Origin: a virus | Taxonomy: Duplodnaviria; Caudoviricetes | IMG/VR virus record: IMGVR_UViG_3300025141_017126 | Coordinates: 1 to 59,777 of that record | DNA: 59,777 nucleotides | Strand: one strand, 5' to 3' | In this document: piece after piece, positions 45,790-56,662 of the stretch | How the letters are laid out: each line of letters begins with the position of its first letter | Position numbering within the stretch: position 1 is the first letter of the stretch | The notes under the pieces: model-generated | Told to the model about the DNA's origin: nothing | What the model saw: only the letters and a program-made list of their open reading frames with translations | The model's database searches: none | Translations under genes and position numbers: made by a program

Positions 45790-46446
45790 ATGGTAGCTTG
45801 GGATAAAGCTAAAGCACCGTCACAAGGTGGCGGAGAACGACGAGAAATTCAACGATTAACTCTCCCCATTGGGGAAACTAAAGTTAGACTGGTAGGGGAA
45901 GTAATGCCTCGCTATGTTTACTGGATTACTACTACAGAAGGAAAAAGAATGCCTTTAGAGTGTCTACGATTTGTACGCGAAGAAGAAAAATTTGTAGACA
46001 CTAATGAAGATCCTTTTAAAGAATTAGGAGCGGATGTTTTTAGTGACAAACCGCAATTTGCATATATCTGTAACATAATTGATAGAAATGATGGTCAAAT
46101 TAAGATTTTTGACTTGAAAAGCACTATTTATCGTCAAATTGTAGATTTTGCGTCTAATCCAGAATATGGGAATCCCGCACACCCCGAAACTGGTTATGAC
46201 ATTACAATAAAGAAAGAAAAAACAGGTCCACTTCCTCAAAATGTTAAGTATACTTGTTTACCTGCAAGAGCAAGCACGGCTCTTACCGAAGAGGAACAAA
46301 AAGCCGAATTATTTGATCTTGGTCGTATTTATAAGCGACAAACTTATGAAGAGCAAAAAAAGTGGATGCTCGAAAATACTGCACTTTTTGCCTCCTCTAC
46401 AGGAGACGATTTTGTGCCAACTGAAACCGCAGAGGATCTAGATTAA
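45790..46446 (+). CDS. Single-stranded DNA-binding protein (T5 D11)
   Basis: RLVG.V.PRYVYW, P.ECL.F and GYDI..K..KTGPL..NV.Y motifs; acidic tail. Confidence 0.9.
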   Translation: MVAWDKAKAPSQGGGERREIQRLTLPIGETKVRLVGEVMPRYVYWITTTEGKRMPLECLRFVREEEKFVDTNEDPFKELGADVFSDKPQFAYICNIIDRNDGQIKIFDLKSTIYRQIVDFASNPEYGNPAHPETGYDITIKKEKTGPLPQNVKYTCLPARASTALTEEEQKAELFDLGRIYKRQTYEEQKKWMLENTALFASSTGDDFVPTETAEDLD

Positions 46447-47343
46447 ATGAAAAAATATAAGCTCAATGAGTTAGCACAAGCTACTGGGCAAGCACAAGAA
46501 ATTGGGGAGGCTACGACCTCCCCAACTGCTGCTATACCTACTGCTCCCGTAATTGAACAACCAGTAGGCGGAGCATTTAAAAAAATTGAAAATGGGCAAG
46601 TTGTTATTGATATGGATATTATTAGAAAAAATAATATCTTTTTTGCCACTCCCTGTTATGGAGGTCAAATTACCGACCAATACTTTTTAAGCATGTTTAG
46701 GCTAACTCAAGAGCTTATTAAGTATAATATTAATTTTCGAATTACAACTCTTAGAAACGAAAGTTTAGTTCCAAGAGCACGTAATATTCTAAATGCTATG
46801 TTTTTAGAAGCTAAAGAATGCACTCATTTAATGTTCATTGATGCTGATATTGAATTTGAACCAGAGTCAGTGATACGAATGTTAGCTATGGATAAAGAGT
46901 TAATTACAGGAGCCTATCCCAAGAAAACTTTACCAGTAGACTATGCTATTAATTTAAAATTTGCTGATAAAGAAAAAACTCAAGTAAAAGTTGATATGGG
47001 AGCAGTCGAAGTACTTGATGCTAGTACTGGATTCTGGTTAATGAAACGTGAAGTAGTAGATAAAATGATTGAAGGATACCCAGAATTATTTTATTTAAAT
47101 GATAGTAGTATTGACCCTAAATTTAATCAATATTGTTATTCATTTTTTGATACCATTCACGATCCTGATGATAATAGATATCTATCTGAAGATTATACAT
47201 TTTGTCGTCGATGGCAAAAAATAGGGGGTTCAATTTGGCTTGACCCCAATACAAAACTTAATCATGTAGGTAGTTATACTTTTGAAGGTGATGTTAATAA
47301 AATATTTAATTGGGGAGCCGTAAACGGTCCAAAACCACAATAA
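46447..47343 (+). CDS. GT-A fold glycosyltransferase-like protein
   Basis: ATPCYGG, ESL..RARN, FIDADI, YPKK and YLSEDY.FC.RW motifs. Confidence 0.8.
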   Translation: MKKYKLNELAQATGQAQEIGEATTSPTAAIPTAPVIEQPVGGAFKKIENGQVVIDMDIIRKNNIFFATPCYGGQITDQYFLSMFRLTQELIKYNINFRITTLRNESLVPRARNILNAMFLEAKECTHLMFIDADIEFEPESVIRMLAMDKELITGAYPKKTLPVDYAINLKFADKEKTQVKVDMGAVEVLDASTGFWLMKREVVDKMIEGYPELFYLNDSSIDPKFNQYCYSFFDTIHDPDDNRYLSEDYTFCRRWQKIGGSIWLDPNTKLNHVGSYTFEGDVNKIFNWGAVNGPKPQ

Positions 47344-47344
47344 T

Positions 47345-48058
47345 ATGTTAGATAAATATGAAAATAAAGTATTCTCTCAATTTGGAGAAGATGGAATAAC
47401 AGATTATATTTTTACAAAAATAGGCACAAATAATGAATATTTTGTTGAAATTGGGACTCAAGATGGTAGTGAGTGCAATACACGATTTCTAAGAGAGCAA
47501 CGTGGATGGACAGGAATACAAATTGATGCCAAATATGAGAACCCACTAATCAATCTTCATAAGCATATGGTTAATAAAGAGAATATTATTTCAATTTTAC
47601 AATCTTATCAAGTACCTTATAAATTTGACTATTTTTCTCTTGATATTGATGGAATAGATTGGTATATACTTAATGAAATTTTAAACTATTATGAAGTTAG
47701 GGCTTTTGTCTGTGAGTATAATGCTTGTTTAGCTGTTAATGTTGACCAAGTTATTCAATACGATCCTAATTTTTGGGATGCTGGCCCTTATAACATTTAT
47801 CATGGGGCGAGTTTAAAAGCATTTTACAATCTTGCACGGTCAAAATCTTATTCTTTAGTTCATTCTAATGGAGTTAACGCTTTTTTTGTAAACGATAATT
47901 ATTGGACAGGTGACGAAGATTTTCCAAAAACAAATAACTTAGAAGCTCTTTGGAAAGATTACCCCGAATTTTTAGGATACCGTTTTGTACATGAGCATGA
48001 ATCCCACGAACATGCTAACTTTAATACATCAGAGTTGCTTCTAGAATTAGAATTATGA
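47345..48058 (+). CDS. FkbM-like methyltransferase
   Basis: SQ.GEDG, FVEIG..DG..CN, SLDIDG.D, EYN and GASL motifs. Confidence 0.75.
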   Translation: MLDKYENKVFSQFGEDGITDYIFTKIGTNNEYFVEIGTQDGSECNTRFLREQRGWTGIQIDAKYENPLINLHKHMVNKENIISILQSYQVPYKFDYFSLDIDGIDWYILNEILNYYEVRAFVCEYNACLAVNVDQVIQYDPNFWDAGPYNIYHGASLKAFYNLARSKSYSLVHSNGVNAFFVNDNYWTGDEDFPKTNNLEALWKDYPEFLGYRFVHEHESHEHANFNTSELLLELEL

Positions 48059-49014
48059 AAATTTTACTTTCCGCAGACTGGCATATTGCTCTTCATAAGA
48101 AAAAAATTCCAAGCGATTGGCAAGCTAATCGCTTTAGATTATTTTACAAAAAATTATATGAATTAGAACAAGATTGTGATATTCATATTATTGCAGGAGA
48201 CGTGTTTGATAAAAAACCCGAACCAGATGAAATATGTTTATTTTTAAGTTATATCAATTCAACCTCGATTCCCACATTTATCATACCAGGAAATCATGAA
48301 GCAACTAAAAAGGGTTATACTTTTTTATCGCATTTCCATGAAGATAATGCTATTAAAAATTCAAATGTGGAAATTATTACTCAAAATATCCGTAAAGACA
48401 TTCTCAGTCAAGGATTTCAATTCTTTCCTTATGGAGAAATGCAGACAAATAATTTGCCTAAGCCTATGCCAAATGATATCTTGGTTACGCATATTAGAGG
48501 AGAAGTACCTCCGCACATCACTCCTGAGTACGATTTTGAAAAGCTTCGTCCCTGGAAACTCATACTTTTGGGCGATTTACACTTTAATCATCGTTACTTG
48601 GATTATCCAGCTTACTATCCTGGTAGCCCTCTAAATGTGTCTTTTGACAGAGACGAAAAAAGACAATATGGAGTAGATATTATAAATTTTAATACAATTA
48701 ATGATTATTCTGTTGATTTTATTGATTTAAAATTACCTAAACTTCTTCGTAGAACTATTAAAGCAGATGAATCTATGCAAAAAGATGATTATCATCATGT
48801 TATCTATGAAATTACAGGAAGTATTGACGAATTATCAAAAATTTCTAATCATGATCAATTAGATAAAAAAATAGCTTTTAAACCAGAAGAATCCTCTAAA
48901 TTAGAATTAAAAGATTTATCTCTAATGGAAGAATTAAAAGCTTATTTAGAATATATTAAAGTAGATGATACCAATGCGGTAATAACAGAATTTCAAGAGT
49001 TAAACATTCAATGA
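48055..49014 (+). CDS. SbcD/Mre11-like nuclease (T5 D12)
   Basis: ADWH, GDVFD, GNHE, GDLH and YPGSP motifs. Confidence 0.93.
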   Translation: MKILLSADWHIALHKKKIPSDWQANRFRLFYKKLYELEQDCDIHIIAGDVFDKKPEPDEICLFLSYINSTSIPTFIIPGNHEATKKGYTFLSHFHEDNAIKNSNVEIITQNIRKDILSQGFQFFPYGEMQTNNLPKPMPNDILVTHIRGEVPPHITPEYDFEKLRPWKLILLGDLHFNHRYLDYPAYYPGSPLNVSFDRDEKRQYGVDIINFNTINDYSVDFIDLKLPKLLRRTIKADESMQKDDYHHVIYEITGSIDELSKISNHDQLDKKIAFKPEESSKLELKDLSLMEELKAYLEYIKVDDTNAVITEFQELNIQ

Positions 49015-50846
49015 TTACTTTAAATAAACTTTCTATCAATAATATGTTTAGTTATGGTCAAAATAATGAAATTGACCTAAGTTCTAATAAAATAACACAA
49101 TTAACTGCCCCAAATGGAAGTGGAAAATCTTCTATCGCTCTTGTCTTGCAAGAATTACTCTATAGTAAAAATATTAAAGGTATAAAAAAGGCAGATATTC
49201 TTAATCGATATGTAAAAGAAGATACTTGGTCAGGAAAACTAGACTTTACAGTTGAAAATAAAAATTATGTCGTTGAAGTTAAAAGAACTAAGAATCAAAG
49301 CAAAGTAAAACTGTTTGAACAAACCGATACAAAAACAATAGATTTAACTGAACATAAAATTCCAGATACTTATAAAAAAATACAAGAACTTATTGGTCTC
49401 GATTTTGAAATATTTTCACAACTTACCTATCAAAGTAGTACTGATTTATTAGACTTTCTTAAAGCTACCGATACCAATAGAAAAAAGTTTTTAATCAACT
49501 TATTTAACCTTGAAAAATATCCAAATATTGGGGAAGTAATCAAATTAAAACTTTCAGAATCGGAAAAAGAGTCTTTTAAATTAGATGGAGAATTAAAAAG
49601 TGTAAAAGATTTTTTAAATGATGTTCTCATAGAAGATAAAAAGTCTTTAATTGAAGTACCTATAGTTGATGAAGAAAAAAGAAATCAATTAGCTAGTGCA
49701 CAAAATAAAATTACTGAATATGAATCTTTATGTAAGAGAATTGATAAAAATAATTTATATATTGGAGAACGTAAAGAATTAAATTTTGATATTTCTTTAT
49801 CAGAACCGACTAAGATTAACCACATATATCAGCAACAGCAAGAAATAAATGAAGAAGTAAGGTCACTTTCTATACATCAAAAAAATATAAAAAAGTCATT
49901 ATCTAATTTAGATATAACAGACAAATGCTATACTTGTGGGCAATCAATCGATAATACACAATCAATTCATTTAAAAGATAACTTAGAAGAAGATTTATTT
50001 AAAAGTAAATCAAAAAAGTCTGATTTAACACTGAATTTACTTCAAATAGAGGGTAATATTAAAGAATACGAAAATAAGATCAAACACTGGGAAAACAATA
50101 AAAAGGCTATTGAAAAATTTGAACAACTTAGCCAGTTTATAGATATCACTATACCTACAGAATATCCTGATTTTAATACATTAAAAAATGAAGTACAAAT
50201 ATTACAAGATGAGTTAAAAATTCAAGAAACTCAAAGAAAAGAATCTATTGAATATAATGAAAAAATAAAAACTCACAATACTAAAGTAGACACCCTAATT
50301 GAACAAAAAAGATATTTTTTAGCTAGACAAGAGCTATTAAGTAATGATATAATTAATCTTAAATCAAAAATTAAAAATCTTAATATATTACGAAAAGCAT
50401 TTAGTACAACTGGAATTGTAGCATTTAAACTTGAGAACTTAACTAAAGAACTTGAAGCTGTTATCAACGATTATCTATCAGATTTATCAGATGGGCAGTT
50501 TCAAGTTATTTTTCGTTTAACTGGAGAAAAGTTAAATATTGTAGTCGTTAATAATGGTCAGGAATCACCAATAGAAACAGTTTCTGGAGGAGAATTTAGT
50601 AGAATTCAAACTGCTATTTTATTAGCAATTCGTAATGTTTTATCTAAAATTGGAGGAAATTATATAAATCTTCTATTCTTAGATGAAATTACAGGTGTTT
50701 TAGACGAGGCTGGAAAAGAAAAATTAATTGATATCTTACAAGAAGAAGATAATTTAAATATTTTTCTTATTTCCCATGATTTTACACACCCATTAATTGA
50801 TAAAATCACTATTATAAAAGATAACAACATTAGTTGTTTAGAGTAA
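49011..50846 (+). CDS. SbcC/Rad50-like ATPase (T5 D13)
   Basis: NGSGKSS, CYTC zinc hook, SGGE and LDE motifs. Confidence 0.93.
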   Translation: MITLNKLSINNMFSYGQNNEIDLSSNKITQLTAPNGSGKSSIALVLQELLYSKNIKGIKKADILNRYVKEDTWSGKLDFTVENKNYVVEVKRTKNQSKVKLFEQTDTKTIDLTEHKIPDTYKKIQELIGLDFEIFSQLTYQSSTDLLDFLKATDTNRKKFLINLFNLEKYPNIGEVIKLKLSESEKESFKLDGELKSVKDFLNDVLIEDKKSLIEVPIVDEEKRNQLASAQNKITEYESLCKRIDKNNLYIGERKELNFDISLSEPTKINHIYQQQQEINEEVRSLSIHQKNIKKSLSNLDITDKCYTCGQSIDNTQSIHLKDNLEEDLFKSKSKKSDLTLNLLQIEGNIKEYENKIKHWENNKKAIEKFEQLSQFIDITIPTEYPDFNTLKNEVQILQDELKIQETQRKESIEYNEKIKTHNTKVDTLIEQKRYFLARQELLSNDIINLKSKIKNLNILRKAFSTTGIVAFKLENLTKELEAVINDYLSDLSDGQFQVIFRLTGEKLNIVVVNNGQESPIETVSGGEFSRIQTAILLAIRNVLSKIGGNYINLLFLDEITGVLDEAGKEKLIDILQEEDNLNIFLISHDFTHPLIDKITIIKDNNISCLE

Positions 50847-50855
50847 GGATTACAA

Positions 50856-53144
50856 ATGACAGAAAAAGCTATACACGTTATTAAAAGAAACGGTCACAAA
50901 GAATTAATTCATTTAGAAAAAATTCATGTGATGACTAGCGAAGCGTGTGAAGGTTTAAGTGGCGTCAGTGCGTCCCATGTAGAAATGAATAGTGATATTC
51001 AATTTTACGATGGAATTAAAACAAGCGATATTCAACAAATTCTTGTAAGAAGTGCAGCAGATTTAATTGATTTAGAAAATCTAAATTATCAATATGTTGC
51101 TGCGCGACTGCTTTTATTCGGTTTGCGAAAAGAAGTATTTGGACAATTTGAGTATATTCCCTTAAATGAGTTAATTGAGAAGAATATTACATTAGGAGTT
51201 TATGATAAAAATATAAGTCAATGGTATTCTGCAAAGGAATTAGAAAAAATTGATTCATATATTAAACACAAGAGAGATTTTGATTTTACTTATGCTGGTC
51301 TAAGACAAGTCATGGATAAATACCTAGTTCAAGATAGATCATCAGGACAAATTTATGAAACTCCTCAATATATGTATATGATGATTGCAGCAACTTTATT
51401 TTGCAATTATTCTAAAGAAACTAGATTAAATTTAGTAAAAAGATATTATGATGCTATTTCAACTTTTAAAATTAATATACCAACTCCAGTAATGTCGGGA
51501 GTTAGAACTCCAATTAAACAATATGCAAGTTGTGTATTAGTAGACGTTGATGATACTTTATCAAGTATATTTAGTAGTGATAGTGCTATTGGATATTACA
51601 CAGCTCAACGAGCAGGTATAGGAATTAACGCTGGCCGAATTCGAGCTATAAACTCTAAAATTAGAGATGGTGAAGTCCAGCATACTGGTGTTATTCCTTT
51701 TCTTAAAAAGTTTGAATCAACAGTTCGTTGTTGTACACAAAATGGAGTAAGAGGTGGTAATGCTACTGTTCATTTTCCTATTTGGCATAAAGAAATAGAA
51801 GATATTATTGTTCTAAAAAATAATAAAGGAACTGAAGATAATAGAGTAAGAAGAATGGATTATTCAATTCAACTTTCTAAATTATTTTATGAAAGATTTA
51901 TTGAAGATAAAGAAATAACACTTTTTAGTCCACATGATGTTCCAGAATTATATAAAACGTTTGGTTACAATGAAACATTTGATACTCTCTACAAAAAATA
52001 TGAAAAAGATAAAAGTATAGATAAAAAAACAATCTCTGCAAGAGAACTATTTATGACAATCCTTAAAGAGAGAGCCGAAACTGGGCGTATCTATATTATG
52101 AATATTGATCATGTAAATGAGCATAGTTCATTTACAGATAAGGTATATATGAGTAACTTATGTCAAGAAATTACTCTTCCAACAAAACCGATTCAACACA
52201 TTGATGATTCTAATGGAGAAATTGCTTTATGTATTTTATCAGCTATTAATATTGGTAAATTAAGTTCTTTAGAAGATTTAGAAGAACTTTGCGATTTAGC
52301 AGTTAGATCTTTAGAGGAAATTATTGATTATCAAGATTACCCAGTTAAAGCAGCAGAAGAATCAACAAAAGCTCGACGTAGTCTTGGAATTGGTTATATA
52401 GGACTAGCACATTATCTTGCTAAAAATAAAGTTAAATACGACGACCCACATGCATGGCAATTAGTAAATGAACTAACAGAAGCTTTTCAGTACAATCTAT
52501 TAAAAAGTAGTATGGAATTAGCCAAAGAAAAAGGACCATGTAAAGCCTTTAATCAAACAAAATACGCAAAAGGAATATTACCTATTGACACATATAAAAA
52601 AGAAATTGATGAATTTCTATCACCGGAGTTAAATTATGATTGGAATAGTTTACGCGAGAGCATTAGAAACCACGGACTACGGCACAGTACACTGTCCACA
52701 CAAATGCCATCGGAGAGCAGTTCGGTTGTGTCGAACGCCACAAACGGAATCGAACCACCACGGGGGTTCTTGTCAGTTAAGAAATCGAAAAAGGGGCCTC
52801 TTAAACAGATTGTTCCGGGCTATTATCACTTGAGAAGTTATTATACATTGTTATGGGATATGAAAACTAATGAAGGATATAATAAAATTGTAGCCGCAAT
52901 ACAAAAGTATTTTGATCAAGCTATTAGTGGTAACTGGAGTTATAATCCAGAACATTATGAAAATAATGAGATTCCGCTGAGTACAATGGCAACAGATTTA
53001 GTTAATACATATAAATATGGATGGAAAACTTCATATTATCAAAATACTTATGATTCTAAAAAAGATGAAGATGAAGACGAGGATGAATTTGACATGGAAA
53101 CAATAGTTGTACCTTCCGAAAATTGTGAAAGTTGCACGATATGA
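50856..53144 (+). CDS. nrdA: Class Ia ribonucleotide reductase alpha subunit
   Basis: ATP cone, SCVL, QNGVRGG, NLCQEI, SYY and C-terminal CESC. Confidence 0.97.
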   Translation: MTEKAIHVIKRNGHKELIHLEKIHVMTSEACEGLSGVSASHVEMNSDIQFYDGIKTSDIQQILVRSAADLIDLENLNYQYVAARLLLFGLRKEVFGQFEYIPLNELIEKNITLGVYDKNISQWYSAKELEKIDSYIKHKRDFDFTYAGLRQVMDKYLVQDRSSGQIYETPQYMYMMIAATLFCNYSKETRLNLVKRYYDAISTFKINIPTPVMSGVRTPIKQYASCVLVDVDDTLSSIFSSDSAIGYYTAQRAGIGINAGRIRAINSKIRDGEVQHTGVIPFLKKFESTVRCCTQNGVRGGNATVHFPIWHKEIEDIIVLKNNKGTEDNRVRRMDYSIQLSKLFYERFIEDKEITLFSPHDVPELYKTFGYNETFDTLYKKYEKDKSIDKKTISARELFMTILKERAETGRIYIMNIDHVNEHSSFTDKVYMSNLCQEITLPTKPIQHIDDSNGEIALCILSAINIGKLSSLEDLEELCDLAVRSLEEIIDYQDYPVKAAEESTKARRSLGIGYIGLAHYLAKNKVKYDDPHAWQLVNELTEAFQYNLLKSSMELAKEKGPCKAFNQTKYAKGILPIDTYKKEIDEFLSPELNYDWNSLRESIRNHGLRHSTLSTQMPSESSSVVSNATNGIEPPRGFLSVKKSKKGPLKQIVPGYYHLRSYYTLLWDMKTNEGYNKIVAAIQKYFDQAISGNWSYNPEHYENNEIPLSTMATDLVNTYKYGWKTSYYQNTYDSKKDEDEDEDEFDMETIVVPSENCESCTI

Positions 53145-54241
53145 AAACTGTTTTTAATCCAAATCCTGTTGACTTTACAAAACAGCCAATGTTTTTCGGA
53201 GAACAATTAAATTCACAACGATATGATAATTTTAAATATCCAATTTTTGATAAACTCACTCAAAGTCAATTAAGTTATTTTTGGAGGCCAGAGGAAGTTT
53301 CTCTTCAAAAAGATAGAAACGATTTTAATGAGTTACAACCAGAACAAAAATTTATCTTTACATCAAATTTAAAATATCAAATACTTCTTGATTCAGTTCA
53401 AGGAAGAGGACCTGCTTTTGCATTTTTACCATATTGTTCACTACCAGAGTTGGAGGCTTGTATTGTTGTATGGGATTTCTTTGAAACACTACACTCACGT
53501 TCTTACACATATATGATAAAAAATCTTTATCCTGACCCCTCTGAAATATTTGATACTATTTTAGAAAATGAAATGATTTTAGAACGAGCAGCATCTGTTA
53601 CCACAGCATATGATGATTTCATTAACTTTGCACATAGGTATCAACTAGGACTAGAAACAGACACTAAAACTCTTAAACGAAAACTCTGGAGAGCGTTAAT
53701 TAATGTTAATATTTTAGAAGGAATTAGATTTTACGTATCATTTGCGTGTACATTTGCCTTTGGAGAATTACGATTAATGGAAGGATCTGCTAAAATTATA
53801 TCTTTTATAGCAAGAGATGAATCTCAACACTTATCTATTACACAACATATAATTAAAAACTATAGAACAAATGAAAATGATGAAGAAATGTTAGAAGTAA
53901 TCGAAGAAGAAAAAGACATGGTATATACTATGTACGATGATGCAGTAAAAGAAGAGAAAAGATGGATTGAATATCTTTTTAAAGATGGTTCAATGGTAGG
54001 GTTAAATGATAAACTTTTAAGTGATTATGTCGAATGGATAGCTAATAAAAGAATGAAAGCAATTAATTTAAAACCAATTTATAATATTTCAGTTAGAAAT
54101 GACCCTCTTCCATGGACTCAACATTGGTTGAATTCCCGAGAGTTACAAAATGCACCACAAGAAACAGAAATTGAATCTTACGTTATTGGCGGAATTAAAC
54201 AAGATATTACAAATGATACATTTAAAGGAATTAGTTTATAA
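53141..54241 (+). CDS. nrdB: Ribonucleotide reductase beta subunit
   Basis: FWRPEE, LDS.QGR, ET.HSRSY, EGIRFY, RDE..H and APQE.E..SY motifs. Confidence 0.97.
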   Translation: MKTVFNPNPVDFTKQPMFFGEQLNSQRYDNFKYPIFDKLTQSQLSYFWRPEEVSLQKDRNDFNELQPEQKFIFTSNLKYQILLDSVQGRGPAFAFLPYCSLPELEACIVVWDFFETLHSRSYTYMIKNLYPDPSEIFDTILENEMILERAASVTTAYDDFINFAHRYQLGLETDTKTLKRKLWRALINVNILEGIRFYVSFACTFAFGELRLMEGSAKIISFIARDESQHLSITQHIIKNYRTNENDEEMLEVIEEEKDMVYTMYDDAVKEEKRWIEYLFKDGSMVGLNDKLLSDYVEWIANKRMKAINLKPIYNISVRNDPLPWTQHWLNSRELQNAPQETEIESYVIGGIKQDITNDTFKGISL

Positions 54242-54245
54242 AATA

Positions 54246-54593
54246 ATGTCATATTTTTATAATAACTGGAATATTAAAGGTGAATTAGCTAAGGAAGATG
54301 ATATATATGAAGTCTATGATAATACTAATTTACATCAACTAATTGTAAGTAAAACTATATTAAAACCTTATAAAAGTACTACAGGTCACAGACATAAAGG
54401 GCAAGAAGAAGTATATATATTTATTAAAGGAGATGCTCTTATGGAAATTGAACATGAAAACACTCAGACAATAAAAAAAGTTACTACTGGGTCAATAGTT
54501 CTAATTGAAGATAATGACTTTCACCGAGTTCATAATAAAACTGGAAAGCCGATAGAATTTATATGCGTTTTCAATGGGGAGAGGTCACATTAA
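54246..54593 (+). CDS. Cupin domain protein
   Basis: GH.H..QEEVY.F..G and FHRV.N motifs. Confidence 0.85.
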   Translation: MSYFYNNWNIKGELAKEDDIYEVYDNTNLHQLIVSKTILKPYKSTTGHRHKGQEEVYIFIKGDALMEIEHENTQTIKKVTTGSIVLIEDNDFHRVHNKTGKPIEFICVFNGERSH

Positions 54594-54594
54594 A

Positions 54595-54849
54595 ATGTCA
54601 GCAATTATCTATACGGCACCACTGTGTCCTTATTGTGAGTTAGCTAAACAAGTTTTAACTGAACGAAAAATTACTTTCCAAGAATTAGTTATAGGGGTGG
54701 AAATTACCAAAGGAGAAGCGGTTGAAGAATTAGGGGTTATATTTAAACAAGTTCCTCAAATAGTGCTTAACGGTATCCATATCGGAGGGTATACTGACTT
54801 AGTTAAGTTCTTTAAAAAGAAAGATCAAAATAATGGTGAACCGAAGTAA
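54595..54849 (+). CDS. Glutaredoxin
   Basis: CPYC, VPQI and IGGY.DL motifs. Confidence 0.92.
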   Translation: MSAIIYTAPLCPYCELAKQVLTERKITFQELVIGVEITKGEAVEELGVIFKQVPQIVLNGIHIGGYTDLVKFFKKKDQNNGEPK

Positions 54850-55273
54850 AATTAAAGGATCAGCATATGAAGCAAAAATACGTGATTTATTAACCGCAGA
54901 ATTAGATATTGAATTTAAACGGATGCCTTTAAGTGGGTCACTCGAGTATTTAAAAGGGGATTTATGGACTCCCTTTGATACTGCAGGGTGGCCCTATTGT
55001 ATTGAATGTAAACATTATAAAATGGTAAATTGGAATGGATTATTAACAGCAAAATCCTCTGATCTTTACGAATTCTGGGCACAATGTATTAGAGAAGCTG
55101 AAGTAATGAAAAAGAAACCATTATTGATCTATAGGTGGAATAGGTCAAAAGATTATGTTTGTTGGAGTGATGAACTAACTATTGAAAATCAAATAGAAAT
55201 TAAATGTTTTGAATTTTATTTCAAAATGGGGTTATTAAAAGACTGGATTATGGAATACAAGAAAGGAAATTAA
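54833..55273 (+). CDS. T5 D14-like Holliday-junction resolvase-type nuclease
   Basis: KG..YE, R.PLSG, KGD, IECK and W.Q motifs. Confidence 0.85.
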   Translation: MVNRSKIKGSAYEAKIRDLLTAELDIEFKRMPLSGSLEYLKGDLWTPFDTAGWPYCIECKHYKMVNWNGLLTAKSSDLYEFWAQCIREAEVMKKKPLLIYRWNRSKDYVCWSDELTIENQIEIKCFEFYFKMGLLKDWIMEYKKGN

Positions 55274-55274
55274 A

Positions 55275-55742
55275 ATGAAATTATCAGAAAATTTTTCATT
55301 AAATGAGTTAACTAAGAGTCAAACAGCTGCTAGGCAAGGAATATCCAATCAACCTACTGAGGAGCATTTAGAAAATCTAAAAGCCTTAGTAGAAAATGTT
55401 CTACAGCCTATTCGTGACTCTAAAGGTCAACCAATTCGAGTTACTTCTGGGTATCGAAGTGCAAAGTTAAATGCAGCTATTGGAGGTTCAAGTAAATCTC
55501 AACATTCTAAAGGAGAAGCCGCTGATTTTGAAATCACAGGGTTAGATAATTATGAATTAGCAGAATGGATACAAAGTTTTATTCCCGAATTCGATCAACT
55601 CATTTTAGAATTTTATACTTCAGGAGATCAAAACTCAGGATGGATTCATTGCTCCTATAGTAGAGAAAAAAATCGTAAACAAGTATTAACAGCTAATAAA
55701 GAAAATGGAAAAACTGTATATCATAATGGGTTAGTTACTTAA
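55275..55742 (+). CDS. Peptidase M15A endolysin
   Basis: SGYRS..LN..IGG...SQH..GEAAD and WIH.S motifs. Confidence 0.88.
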   Translation: MKLSENFSLNELTKSQTAARQGISNQPTEEHLENLKALVENVLQPIRDSKGQPIRVTSGYRSAKLNAAIGGSSKSQHSKGEAADFEITGLDNYELAEWIQSFIPEFDQLILEFYTSGDQNSGWIHCSYSREKNRKQVLTANKENGKTVYHNGLVT

Positions 55743-55750
55743 CTTAAAGG

Positions 55751-55779
55751 TAGACTAATGCCATAACTCATGGTATAAT
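55751..55779 (+). promoter_or_regulatory. Sigma70-type promoter
   Basis: TAGACT-N17-TATAAT. Confidence 0.65.
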
Positions 55780-55801
55780 AATAAAAATGAAAGGTTAAAT
55801 A

Positions 55802-56662
55802 ATGACTGATGCTAAAGGCTGGAATGATCTAGCCGCTGTGCAAGATCAGTTAGGAGAAAAGAACAATCTTTTAATTATCGATGGAAATAATTTAGCATAT
55901 CGTTGGATACAGCGTAGAAATTATAACCACTTTGAAGAAGATTATGTTAGAACTATTGAAAGTTTAGGAAACAGCTATAAAGCTAGTAGAGTTATAGTAT
56001 GTTTTGATTTTGGTAAGAGTTATTACCGAATGAATATCTCTGACGATTATAAAAGCACACGAAAAAAACCCACAGATGAAGAAGAGATACAAAAATACCA
56101 CGAATTTTTTGATTGTCTTAATACTATTTACGATGAATTATCGTATGACAAACATAAATATCGTGGTATTGAAGCAGATGATTTAATGACTTTTTTAGCT
56201 CTTAAATTATCGGAATCGTATGAACATACGTGGATTATCTCCAGTGATAGAGATTTATATCAATTAGTAAACGAGAATGTTAGTATTTTTAATATTTTCT
56301 CTCGTAAAGAAATTGATTTAGAATACTTACAAGATAATTTTGAAATAACTCCTAATGAATATTTGTTATCTCGATATATTGAGGGAGACAAAAGTGATGC
56401 CATAATAGGAGTAGAAGGAATTGGTCCCAAAAGGGCACAAGGACTCGCTAAAAAATATCAAAATTTAACAGATTTAATTAAAGCATTACCAGTTAGAGGA
56501 AAAAGTAAATATATTCAAAATCTTAATCAAAGTAAAAAATTACTTGAACGTAATGAACAAATGATTAATTTAACAAAATATAATAGAAATGCAATTATGG
56601 CAGGAAAAGATGGTGAAAAAGTATGGAAAGGATTAAACAAATATGCCGAATTTAGAAGTTAA
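55802..56662 (+). CDS. 5'-3' exonuclease / flap endonuclease (T5 D15)
   Basis: IDGNNL, YK..R, EADD, S.D.D and GD.SD.I.GV.GIG.KRA motifs. Confidence 0.95.
   Translation: MTDAKGWNDLAAVQDQLGEKNNLLIIDGNNLAYRWIQRRNYNHFEEDYVRTIESLGNSYKASRVIVCFDFGKSYYRMNISDDYKSTRKKPTDEEEIQKYHEFFDCLNTIYDELSYDKHKYRGIEADDLMTFLALKLSESYEHTWIISSDRDLYQLVNENVSIFNIFSRKEIDLEYLQDNFEITPNEYLLSRYIEGDKSDAIIGVEGIGPKRAQGLAKKYQNLTDLIKALPVRGKSKYIQNLNQSKKLLERNEQMINLTKYNRNAIMAGKDGEKVWKGLNKYAEFRS

Noticed and set aside
40123-54241. Inteins or introns in pol, helicases or nrdAB
   Set aside because: Proteins are of normal length with contiguous motifs
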